Positions 38,322-49,891 of a stretch of 64,000 bases of DNA are shown one piece after another; the stretch's first letter is position 1; each line of letters starts with the position of its first letter. The DNA lies in the NCBI GenBank assembly GCA_028534125.1, contig CM052816.1:45076001-45140000 (forward strand). Reading direction: 5' to 3'. The translations under genes were made by a program, and so were the position numbers. The notes below the pieces were generated by a model. The model worked only from the letters and a program-made list of their open reading frames with translations, was not told where the DNA came from and searched no databases. Source of the stretch: Lama glama (taxonomy: Eukaryota).

Positions 38322-39432
38322 TAAGGTAGGTTGTTTTGGCCCTGCCCTAATTAAGGTCTATTCTCTGTACATTTGACATAAAAGAAACGAAAGAAGAAAC
38401 CAGAAGGAAAAGAAAAAGAAGAGGAGAAGAAGTAAGAAGAGATGCAAAGGGGGGGAAAACATCCCCATCAAAAACACTGAAGAGAAATGGAGGTTTTATT
38501 GAAGCTCTCTCAAGCACTGTTGAGGCATCTGTACTGTAGCGCACATCACAAGTGTAACTACTGTCTTGCTGAAACCTTGTTTATTTTCCCTCAGAGTTTC
38601 TCTTTCTATAGAAATCCCAACATCTCCCTTCATATAGCTTCTTCCTGACTTGGATGGCTCTTTTCTCACCTCTCATCCTCCAGATTATCCCAGAGGTGGC
38701 CGGCCCCTCTGTTTTCAGAAAGATCAATTTAACCTCTTCTCAGCCTCCTTAGGTCCCCTCACCTATCATGACATCTGGCTCAACAAAGGACAGGAAGTTA
38801 GATGCTAAGTGAAACTTCCCCAAATCGAGACATTCAGGTAGCCAACCATTCTTAGAGCAATTTACAGCAAGCAAATAAATTAGTTCACAAGAGTCTCAGA
38901 AACCCAACAGTAATTTAAACCTTCATCTCCAGGTACAGTTTTGCTACTGTTTTTGTTCTGCTCACTGATGTATAGCAAGTGCCCACAAGAACACTTGGCA
39001 TAAATATTTATTGAATAAATAAATAGTTAGAGAATTAGCATTTCAAGATATCTTTTCTACAGTTTTTCTCAAATGTTTTGTGTGAGACAAGTTGTCACAC
39101 ATGCATGCCTCCATAGAAAAGGATACAATTTTCAGTCATTACTTTTATTATGTCATTTTAGGTCAAATGTTACAAAAAATGATATTGAACTCTTAACCAA
39201 TCTATTTTTTCCATTGGAATATTGGCCTGACTGAGAAATAACATCAAGGAAAAATTATTTTTTTGGCAGAAAAATGTCCTCACTAAATTCTTGTATGTTT
39301 TGTTTTGATTTTTCCTTAGTGACTGGAGGTCAGTTTCAATCCACTAAAGCACAGATTCCAAATTTTCAATCTGGTTTTCTTGAGTACAGCCTGGGTGCCA
39401 AGAATGAGGCAATGACACAACATCACTACCAA

Positions 39433-39433
<1 letters not shown>

Positions 39434-39469
<36 letters not shown>
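39434..39469. repeat. (AC)18 microsatellite
   Basis: Seen directly. Confidence 0.95.
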
Positions 39470-39471
<2 letters not shown>

Positions 39472-40449
39472 CAGAGTCCAGGGCATGTTCTGCTGACTTG
39501 CAGGCTTCTCCCCTCTAAAAGTTACTCTCAAAATCATACTTTTAAATTTCAAATGGATCTATTCCCTCTCTCTCTAGCCAATTCTTAGTGACGTTTTTTT
39601 GTCTAATCCACTGATCAGGGTCTTCCAGACCCTATAAGCTATCATAATGGAATCATCTATTGACCAAAGATAATGTGTCCTCTACTTATCCTTTCTTGCT
39701 TCCTTTTAAAACTTGGATTTTCAATATGCTTGTGAGTGAATCAATGACTATAAATGTAATTACTGGAGAAACGATCATTTTGCTTTAGCCCAATAAAAGA
39801 GGAACTAAGTATTTTTGGCAGCCCCCAAAGAATCACATGTTATTAAACACGTGTTGTAGAGGAGGGGTAGTGCCCTGAAGGAAAGAGTGGCACGCTAGAC
39901 AGCCAAAAGAACAGACATCCACTACAAGTAATTTGAGTACCAGGTTTGGGTGAGACCCATCTCTGCTGTGAGACTGGGGACAATTCACTCAGTATAAGCC
40001 TTAGTTTCTTCAGCTATAACTCAAGTATTGATATACTTGTCTCCTTACTTTGTAACTCTCCTTTCTAAAGTTAACTGTATCTGTTGTTCTGTGAGTCTTC
40101 AATTCTCAGATTAATCTTTTCCGGTTATAGCCACATTCTCTATCATTGACAGAGAAGTTCACCTAGTTATTTTGGCTTCTCTAATCCTGCTGCTGAGAAC
40201 ACCTCTGAGGGAGCTTTCGGTCAGGAGCTGACAATGGCATTTAAGGTCACTTGTGCTGTTGGTAGAGAAGGAGAATTTGAAAGGACACCAGTATCTAACC
40301 ACCAATAATATATATATATTTAATTTGGACCTAGTAACTTCCCTGATAACGATATTTAGCTCATATTTGTTATGTCCTAATTAATGCCAAGCTTTTTAGA
40401 AAATCCATCACCTCATTTAATTCTTACAGTCATCCTTTGAAATAAGGTA

Positions 40450-40720
40450 TCAGGGTGTTTGACTATAGTTACGGGAAAAAAAAAAACAACCCAGCCTCCA
40501 GCTAACTTAAGCAGTAGGGCCTTTGTTGGCCCACATAACTGGTAGTCTAGAGAGGGTAGCTTCAGGGTTGGTTTATGGATCCAGTGGCTCCAAAATGTCA
40601 CCAGCTCCCCAGGTTCTGTCTCTGTCCTGATATCCACTGTTGGACCCCCTCTTGTACCAATTTCCCTCTATAGAATGGCTATCAACAGGAAACTTGCTTA
40701 CTTACGTATATCTAGCAAAG
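40450..40720 (-). mobile_element. Old MaLR LTR fragment (MLT1J/K-like)
   Basis: ttgttggcccacataactgg ... cttcaggg ... ggatccagtggctcc. Confidence 0.55.
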
Positions 40721-41319
40721 GAGAGTGAGTACCCCCACAATGAAAAAAGCAAAAAAAAAAAAAAAAAAAAGGCTTCTCCTCCTCATAGTCCACCTAACTT
40801 TAGTCAGCTGCTTAGCTCTGAGACAGCAGCTCCTGGGGATGGAAGTTAGAGGAAGAAGGAATATCATGATATAATTAACTCATATTCCTGAATTCATTTA
40901 TCCTGATTGATTTGGATGAATTAGAATTTACTCCTGAAGGTGGGGCGATTTTCTGAACGACACTGCCTACTACACAATGGAAGAGGAATTGAGCAAATTT
41001 GGGGAGCCAACTATAATATACATTACAGGAAAATACTGCTAATTCCCAATTTACAAATGAGAAAACTGAGGCATGAGGGAGAAAGATCAATTTGCCCAAG
41101 ATCATAACTGGGCCTTAGAAGTCTATCTCCATTCTAACAATTAATTTTTTTCCTCTGTGCATTTCTTCAAAGCTTATGATGTATAGGAGCAATTAAGAGA
41201 ACGACCACAGCACTAGTCATCAAGAGATGAGATTATAATCCTGCTATATAACTTCTTTAAAAGTGAGAATGATAAAACTACTTACTGGAGTAGTGGCAAA
41301 TATTCAGATAGAAACCAGG

Positions 41320-41478
41320 CAGAAGAGTGGCATCACATGGGAACTTGTTTGAAATGCAGATTCTTTGCCCTACTCCAGACCCACTTAGTCAGAAGCTCTG
41401 GGGGCAGGGTCCAGCAATATGTGCTTTAACAAGCCCTTCAGGTGATCTGATGGTTGCTAAAATTTGAGAACCGCTGGT
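41320..41478. mobile_element. MER5A MITE
   Basis: gcatcacatgggaacttgtttgaaatgcagattc ... ctctgggggcagggtccagcaatatgtgctttaacaagccc ... tttgagaaccgctg. Confidence 0.85.
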
Positions 41479-41827
41479 CTAACACATTGCCTGGTGCCTA
41501 AGATTTTATTTGTTACTGTTCTAAAGACAATGAGGATATTGACTTCTGTCTCCAAGAGTTCACAATCTAGGGAAAGAAAGACAGAGTTCTTTATGAATGT
41601 CTTTAATACAGGACCATACTGTTTGACAAATGCTCTGATAGAGGTTTAACTCACTTTGAAAGCTCGTAAGGGGTTGAATTTATTTCTAACAAGATGAATC
41701 TCAGAAGGCTTTATAGAATAGATAAGAAACAGAAAGAGAAAAAAAGAAGCTATGAACTAACAACAGCACAGATAATTAAACTTCCAGAGCTCACAACAAA
41801 GTTACATCTAGAAAGTTAACTTAAATA

Positions 41828-42002
41828 CAGTTGACCCTATGCTCAAAGATCTGTGTATAACTTACATTTGGCCCTCCAGAAACATGGTTCCACATCCTCA
41901 GATTCAGCCTACCCAGGATCTCGTAGTACTATAGTATTTACTACTGAAAAAAATTCACGTAGAAGTGGCCCCTCACAGTTCAATTCTGTGCTGTTCAAGG
42001 GT
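41828..42002. mobile_element. MER8/Tigger2-like MITE
   Basis: TA cagttgaccct ... gtagtactatagtatttactactgaaaaaaattcacgtagaagtgg ... tgttcaaggg. Confidence 0.8.
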
Positions 42003-44649
42003 ATAGCACAGACACAGATTAGAGATCTCACGTATATGGAAGTGAAAACCCATCAGAAGTCAGCAAATGAGGATTTTAGTCCTGATGTTACATTTACCAG
42101 CTGGCTCTTAATGTGCTATTTCACACATCCAAAAAGAGACTGGATTCCCCAGTTCTTACCCACAGAAAAATACGGTTAGGAAAAGGCACGTGTAGATTTA
42201 AATATTTCACTGAGGAGCATGGGCACACCCTGGCTAAGATGCACCAGACCCAGTGGTCTCAAATCTGCAACTGTAGATTGAAGAATTATGGAATATAAAG
42301 TTAGTATGTTAAAGAAGCACATAAATAGTATTAAAAATCTGTAAGTCAGTCTGCTTTGTTGTTGTTTTTGTTGTTTTGCTTAACGTCTCTATACGTGCTT
42401 CAGTACTTAAACACCCAATTAATATGTACCGACTAAAATGTCACCTTCCCTGCGTGGATCACAAAGTCCTTGGCAGTCACTTCCATACCAGACTAGTGAG
42501 TATTATTGTTCTCATTTTCCAGATGGATAAACAGAGGAGAAAGGCCTTGTTATGTGTCACACATTTCAGTCACCAAATGAGACACAATGGATACCAGTCT
42601 TCTCATCCCTTCAACAATAAAGAGCTTTTAAGTTCTTGTAGTCAACAAGGACTTTTGGAAAGATTATACTGGCTGAAAAGGCCTATATATGGGTGGCATC
42701 CCCAAGTAGGAGGAAAATCAAATTAAAGCTGGGTGTCTAAGCTGACTCTCAGAAGAAGAGACAGAAGAGTTGTAAAATTTTGGCAAAGAGTCTGAAAGAA
42801 AATAAATGTAGCTGATTTTCAAGTGCTGTTTTTACACAGTAAAACAAGGGCCAAATTGCTCTTCTTTAAGTAGTAGTTATCTCTTGATTAATAGATTGAA
42901 TCATTCACTCATTCAATAAATACTTTTTGATTGCCTTTTATGTGCCAAGTATTCATCCCTGTACTGGAAATGTAACAATGACCAAAAGCAGACGATGATG
43001 ACAGTGATGATAATAATAACAACAGCAGCAGCTAATGCAGCAAGTGCTAATAACATAGTAATATATAATAATTGTTGAATAAAATGTCACAACTCAGGAT
43101 GAACTAGCATTCTCTTTGGGGCTGCATCCATTGACTATAAGACAGCTAATCTGCTTTGAAATTCCCCCGCTTTAGGGCTCTCTATCAGAAGGAGCTGTTG
43201 TTGGGCCTGCTTCTTGGTGGTGCTGTGTCAACCAGTGAAAATGAATTTATGCTCACTGTCCTCGGAAAGGCAACTGAAACTGAGAGCCCTGTGATTTCTT
43301 TCATGAATTTTTTTAAATGACTGGAGCCAGCTCTTCTGACTCTACTTCTTTGTTTCTGACGTACTTAAATACTGCAAGAGCTATGTAAAATAAAAGAAAT
43401 GTCATCTTAATATTGTTTTCACACAAAACAACAGCATTCTTTCAACTGTGCTTGAGATGGAATAAAACACGAGCATATTTGAGAATAACTTTCAATGGTA
43501 AATTCATTCTATCTGTGCTTTTTAAGAGTAAATGCTCTGGGGGCTTTAAAAAACATCTCTTCATCTTTTTAAATGTCACTTTACTCACACTGATGATGCT
43601 CTCAGATGTTAGGAAATCTCTTGAGACAGAAAGTGGGAATAGAGTGATGCAATATTTCTGAGTGTCATGTGATTTCACAATTTGTTTTTCAATCTCTTTG
43701 GACTTCCGAAAAGGAAGATTCTCATATGTCAACAAGCTCATGAACTGAAGCTTAAAATGCTAGAAACAAAACTATAGAGTTTCAAATACAGGAATACATA
43801 TGGTCATATTGTTTGATGGGATGTTGGCTGGCATTACTGTTTAATCTCCTGGGAAATGTTAATTTTTCTCTGACAGATTTACTGGCTTGCTTTCTCTGAA
43901 CACATGAACCATAAACAATGCCTAGTAAGAAAACTTTCTGTTTTCTCCAAGGTCAAAGTTGGAACAAGGAGAGGGAATTCAGTTTTCCTTCCTTGACATT
44001 ATTCATTATTCTTGTAGTCAGTTTGCTCATAAAGAATGCAAACCTCTTACAGTTAGTACAAAGATACAGCAACTTTTCAGAGCTAAAAAATAAACTGATG
44101 AAATTGGAAAGATATAAAAGTATACTTATTAACGTCTTCCAGAATTAAAGTTTGAACTCTGTGCTCTCATTGTCAAGACAATGTCAGTGTAACTGTAAAT
44201 GAGAAAACAAAACGAATTCTTGTCTTCTCATAGTCTACTAGTCTGAGCATCTATGACAATCTCTGCTGGTACTTGAGTACTTAAGATGTTAACCTACTCA
44301 TGCTTTCCAAGGTTCTATGTGTTTTTCCCAACTCTGTTGAGCATTTCTGATACAATGTAGATGCCTCCGTGATAATAAGTAAATGAAGAGGAAAGAAAAA
44401 AAATTAAAGTTTAGAAATGGCATTAAGAATAGTAGCAATAAAATATAATTGTGTGGAAATGACAGCCCTAGAGGCAGGTTCGTCAAATAAAATGCATGGT
44501 ATTTGATTCAGAGTCAGAAGATGATTGAAATTTGCCTCTATTTGAGCTAAATTATTTGGTAAACTTTAGTCAAAGTTTTGTGATTTGATTTTCAAAATAA
44601 AGCTAAAAAAAAATGAAGATATGAATTTATTTTCAAAAGTAAAGTTGCC

Positions 44650-44840
44650 TACAGTTTTATTAACTACAGTCATCATGCTGTACATTACATCCCCATGAAT
44701 TATTTATTGTATAATTTGAAGTTTGGACCTTGTGACCCACCTCTGGCAACCGCAAGTGTATTCTCTGTATCCATAGAGCTTGGTTTTTGTTTCTGTTTTT
44801 TTAATTTCACATGTAAGTGAGATTATACAGTATTTGTCTT
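44650..44840 (-). mobile_element. L1 3' fragment (L1MA/artiodactyl-like)
   Basis: acagtcatcatgctgtacattacatcccc ... ctctggcaacc ... cacatgtaagtgagattatacagtatttgtctt. Confidence 0.75.
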
Positions 44841-47800
44841 GGAACTTGATCAATGGTGATCTCCAAGTAGAAAACCCTTTGTTCTCAGCCCACTGTGCGT
44901 CTGCGCAGTTTCTAAAGCTGTTGATATTCCCTATTAGACATTCTCTTCTCTCTTGGGATCAGGAACATCATCCTCTCCTGTTCCTCTCTTTCCTACATTC
45001 CTTCTCTACTTTTTGCCTGGCTGAAAACTCAATGATTTATGGAGGCCTTTGGTCCTCTCCTCTTCTTTATGCATTGGGAACAGAAATGGGTGAACATTTT
45101 CATGGAAGAGATTGACTTGATCTGGGTCTGGAAGAGAGGGAGGGATTTGGATGGATAGGGACAGGAAGGCTGGATGGGAAAAAAATGTAAAGTTGCCAAT
45201 TAAATATAAAGTGGTACGAATAGATTATATGGAAATAAAATGCAAACTAAGTGTTTTATGGCCAGATCAGAAGCAAGGCCTTGAGACAATCTTCTTTATT
45301 ATAATTGCAGAATCCTTCACTGCAGATTCTTTCAGTATTTTTACATTTTTCTCCTCTTTACTATACCACATTGTATTAATGGGTACCACAGCTGTGTTTA
45401 TTTAGTTTAAGTCACAGTCAGCTTTTCCGTAGAGATTAAGAATTATCCTCCCATAGAGTTGTGGCCTGATCACAGCACTTGAAGTCCCATGCATTTAACA
45501 TTCCTGTGTAAAAAATATACCACCACACTAGAATTATGATGATATGATGAATCACTCAATAGCAACTTATATGTTTTAAACTTGTTAGAGCAAATATGAT
45601 AGAAAAAATAAAATCCCACCTCCCCTACAACTCTTCTAGTCCCCAAGGATATTGTTTTTAAATAAATGCTGCATGAATTTCTTCCGTATCTGACAAATGT
45701 GAGAGTATTAATACACTTTGCAAAGTGCACAATTCATTAGCAGGTAGTAACTCAAGCAAAAGAAACAATCTGCCAAGATCAGTGATTTGTCAGCAGGGCC
45801 TGAATCACAGGAGGTTGGTCTCTGATGTATCCTCTTGGTCCAGAAAGTGGGAGGTGGTGGTCCAGGGAGCCAGGAATTGCCTGGCAGCATCAGCATCCTG
45901 GCTGTTGCTCAGGGTAGGTTGCATTTTTTGGCTTTTGCTCCTGAACCAAAAGTTCAAGTGTGAAAACCAGGACTGAAACGTCTTTTTCTCGGCTGGAGCC
46001 AGGACACCCCCAGTTCAGCCAGAAGTTAGTTTGAGGGTGGAGTGGCTCAGCATTCCAGGAGTGGCATAAGTCAGCAGGAGGAGTGCCAGGGCTGTGTCCC
46101 AGCCACAGAGCTGGGCTTGCCACACATCCCTCACTTCGTTAATATACTGAATTTCTGGGCAACTGGGCAGAGACTCTGGTGAGACAGAATCAAGATGTGA
46201 CCTACTGCTGAGCCTGTTACCTCAGCTTTGGGAGGCATGTATTGGAGAAGAGCCAGGCTGTAGCCTGTAGACTTCAGCCCACCTCTCCACCAGAAAGTTT
46301 CTCCTGGACCCTATGTTTCTTCAGTCTTAGGAGTAAAGCACTGCTGTTTCTCCCGTGTTCCTTTGGCATAACCAAGTGCTTCTGCAACAGTGGTTCCCGG
46401 AGCTGACTCTGCACTAGAAGGAAGGAAACACCTCCCCACCTCTCCTTCTGGTGAAACCCATTCTCTCATAATGCTGGCTTTGATGTTCTCTTTCATAAAA
46501 AATAATTTAAAAAAAAAACTACAATGTAGGCTGTGCTTATGGGGGGAAAAAAGTCAAATCAGCTCAGAGTCGTATAAATTGAAAGCAGAGGTCCACCTCA
46601 CTACCTGTCTGTACCCCACCTCTCTGGAGATAATTAGTGGTAACTTTTTGAGGTGTTTTTCTGGACCTTTCTTTAAACATAAACAAATATATATGTATGT
46701 AGATGTTTCTGTAAGTTTGTGGTTTTGGGTTTCATTTTTATCAAAATGTGCTCTCAATGTTCTCTTTACATGCTAAAATGTGTGCATGGCCGGCAGCTAA
46801 AGGAGATGCTGATGCAATTTGACATCCTCCCCTCCTTCTCGGTGTGCTGGCTCTGTGTGACCTCATGACAGAGGAGAGCTTGCTGGTGTGGCATCCAGGA
46901 CCTGGACCATGCAGCAGAGACACGGCCACTGGCACAAAGAACATCTGCTCTTCAAATACAAGTCATACAGCCAAGAGTCAGGTACTTGTGTTTCAGGGTC
47001 TAGCACAATCCAGCATCAGACTGACTTTAACCAACCAGAAGGAAACATGTGAATGAATTTGTGGTACATGATTCAGCTGATACTGTCCATGATTTGAATG
47101 CAGTGAAATTGGAATGCAGCTTCCCAGTGGCTAAAATTTTGTGGTTCACCTTTGCATATCTTTTAGCACAAAAGGCAATTATGATATATGTGTAAAATGG
47201 TAGCCTGATTAGTTGTTCACACACACACTCACAAATATAATACGTTTCACACATCTTAATTGTTTTTCTGCTAAGAGAAGTAAAACTGCAAATCAAAAAA
47301 GTGTAGCATCCTCTTCATGTTAATTCCATTTTATTAACAGGTAAATATCCTAAGTATTGTTGAAAAGCGACCAAAAAAACACATATTTGCAGGGAAAGTT
47401 GAAGTTTAAGACACTGCTGTCATAGAAGACAATTAAAAAATATTAGTGTTCACACTTACAATACACACTCACAATATCTCTGTACAGAAATATTATGAGT
47501 TACCATTCTGAAGTAATGTTTAAGGTTTTGAGTTTTTTTTTTTTTTATTTCTCTTGTTTGCCCACATCAACCAGTAGCTTAGAGGGAAATTGCCTCAGAA
47601 AGAAGGATACAGACTAGAGTAAAAAAGTCAATTTCTCAGTAGCTTTTCTGAAGGCTAAGGTAGACAGAATCGTCTTGAAAGCCAACACTTAAGAGAATAA
47701 AGGGTGTTTTAAGTTCCATAAGACTTAGAGCCTGAAGGAGCTAGAGCCCCAGAGAGTTCCTATTATAAGCCATAAAGTGGGTAAAATGGCTAGTTTCCTC

Positions 47801-48500
47801 ACAATTAAGAGAGGAGATAAATGTTTCTTCAACTTGAAGGAGTGAGAAATTCAAAGAGAGACCTGGTTAGTGCCTGGGCCCCTGAGAGGGGGCAGTATAA
47901 GACCCATAAAGACTTCTGAAGACTGGAGAAGGTGGGAAATTTTACCTCTATTAGAGCATGGCCAGAAGAGGCTCCAGACATTTCAGAGAAATGTCACGTG
48001 CAGCGGGGCAACAGAGCACAGTGGGTGAGGGAGGATCTGGGTGGTCAGAACTGAGGGGAGCCTCACCCCACACAGGCAGGAGAGGGTCCATCAGATCCCA
48101 CAGTTCTCAAGAAGACCACTGGGGTGGCTGAGAATAGCCAGGGAACCCAAAGGAGCCAGGGGTAGGATGCAAAGGATACAGAATGCTGGGCAAGACAGCC
48201 TCAGTATATGGACTGTGAGCAGCAGCAGCAGCAGCAGAGACCAAGCAGATCAGGTTCCACTTCAGTCAAGGCCAGCTGGGCTAGAGGATGATGGAAGGCC
48301 AAGGGCCCCATTCCCACCCGATGTCAGGATGAGGTATGTGCTTTACTCTCCTCCCTTCGCTATCTCATTTCCAGTAAAGGGGATGGGAAAAAATAAAGAG
48401 TAATCCCAAATTAAGTGAGAATGACTCAAAAGAAAATGACTTTTGAATTAGCAAAATGCAGTTTTCCACTGATAGAGGAAATAGGGCTAGGTAAGATCAG

Positions 48501-48950
48501 TGACAGAGAAACAAAGTTACATACTGTTACTGTGGCTCATAGCTTCCAGCTCTAACCCTTCCTCCTGTGAGCTGTGGAGAAGAGTTATCCTTGTTTTACC
48601 ACCAGAAGAGACAAACAAGAGCTCACCAGAGCTGGTTAGAACCAGTCAGGCCCAAGATGGCAGAAGTCCTGACCTCCAGCAGAGCTTGAGCCTCCTGATA
48701 TGCTCATTGTAATACATTAGCATGCTAACTAACACACCACCAGCACCATGATAGTTGACACCTGCCATGGCAACAACCAACCAAGCCCATACAGGGACTG
48801 AGAGGGGTGTTGTTCCAGCTCTGAGCATACTACATCCCTGTTCTCAGCTAAGTCATGAATATTCCTCCCTCTCTTTACTCAGTTCCCTCCCTTTTGCCTT
48901 GACACTCCTACATATATGGTGTCTCAGTCAGGCGGAGAAGTTGATTTCTA
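48501..48950 (+). mobile_element. ERV1 LTR, MER41-related, degraded or truncated
   Basis: Shares ctggttagaacc ... cttgagcctc ... gctcattg ... attagcatgctaa ... ccatga with the LTR at 49454. Confidence 0.65.
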
Positions 48951-49453
48951 ATTAATTCACTATTGGCTATGATAATCTGAAAGGAAAAAGAACCTTCCTT
49001 ACCAGGGCAGGGGGCTTTGGCGGGGCTGGGGCCCCAGCGGGGGTCTAAACGACCAATTCAGTAGCAATGCTACATACCTGAGTCTCTGCCTGGAATTTTC
49101 TTGCCCACCATGGATACACACATTACATATGTGCACGACTACACAGGTATTTGTATCTGTGGCTTTTTTCATAGTATCATAGACCTTAGAGGCAAACAAT
49201 AGCTGGATGACTTTGGGCAAGTTTTTTGATCCAAGATTCTGCAAACTATTGTGTCTTGTAGGCCTATTGTGAGGATTAAATGAGATACAGAGCTTACCCT
49301 ACATCTAGCATATAGAAAGCCCTTAATAAATGTTATTTATCATGATCATGAAAATAATAACTATCATTGTGTACTGCTCATTTTGACTGTGAGTCTGAAC
49401 TTTTAATTGGTAGGATATAATTACCTGTTGTACACACAGTATTGCATTCCAGC

Positions 49454-49891
49454 TGAGACAGGAGGGAAGGGAACAGGGCATAAACTGGTTAGAACCAAGA
49501 GGTGGAAGATTGGACTTCCAGTAGACCTTGAGCCTCATTACAAGCTCATTGCAATATATTAGCATGCTAAATGAGACACTCATAGATGCCATGACAGTTG
49601 CCAGGCTCACCATAAAGTGGGTGTGGCCTAAAATGGGTGGGGCCAATTCCTGGAAATCTCCACCTCATCCCCAACATAGTTGGAATAATCCTCCCACTTG
49701 TCAGAGTCTGAAATTACCTGGCCCATAAAAACTATCAACCCCATACCCTGGGGCCGCCTCTCTTGCCTTCCAAGATGGCCAGCATTCTATCTTTGGAGAG
49801 TGTAACTCCCTAAATAAACTTACTTGCATTTTACTATGCCTCACTTTTGAATTCTTCACTGTGCCAGACAAGAAGCTACTCTCTGGCAACA
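49454..49891 (+). mobile_element. Intact ERV1 solo LTR, MER41-like
   Basis: TG...CA termini (TGAGAC ... GGCAACA), 4-bp TSD CAGC at 49450-49453 and 49892-49895, internal TATA-like cataaaaa and AATAAA. Confidence 0.85.

Larger units (their letters stand above)
33550..42690 (+). ncRNA. LUCAT1: Putative ortholog of lncRNA LUCAT1 (SCAL1); exon-like blocks ~33550-33825+, 34311-34459, ~42040-42140, 42523-~42690
   Basis: Same strand and downstream of ARRDC3, as in human. Several blocks resemble recalled human LUCAT1 in the same order: aatcaacagtccactcagacaatgcccagacc; tgtgtccaaatactgttcttatctccc; cccatcagaag...ttaccagctg; atggataaacagagg...aaaggcc; aagttcttgtagtcaacaaggact. Acceptors AG at 34309-10 and 42521-22, donor GT at 34460, AATAAA at 42616. 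Confidence 0.75.

Noticed and set aside
45740..48480. GC-richer patches at ~45740-46130 and ~47850-48480 as possible genes
   Set aside because: They look like very old LTR remnants, but I cannot assign a family and see no coding signal.
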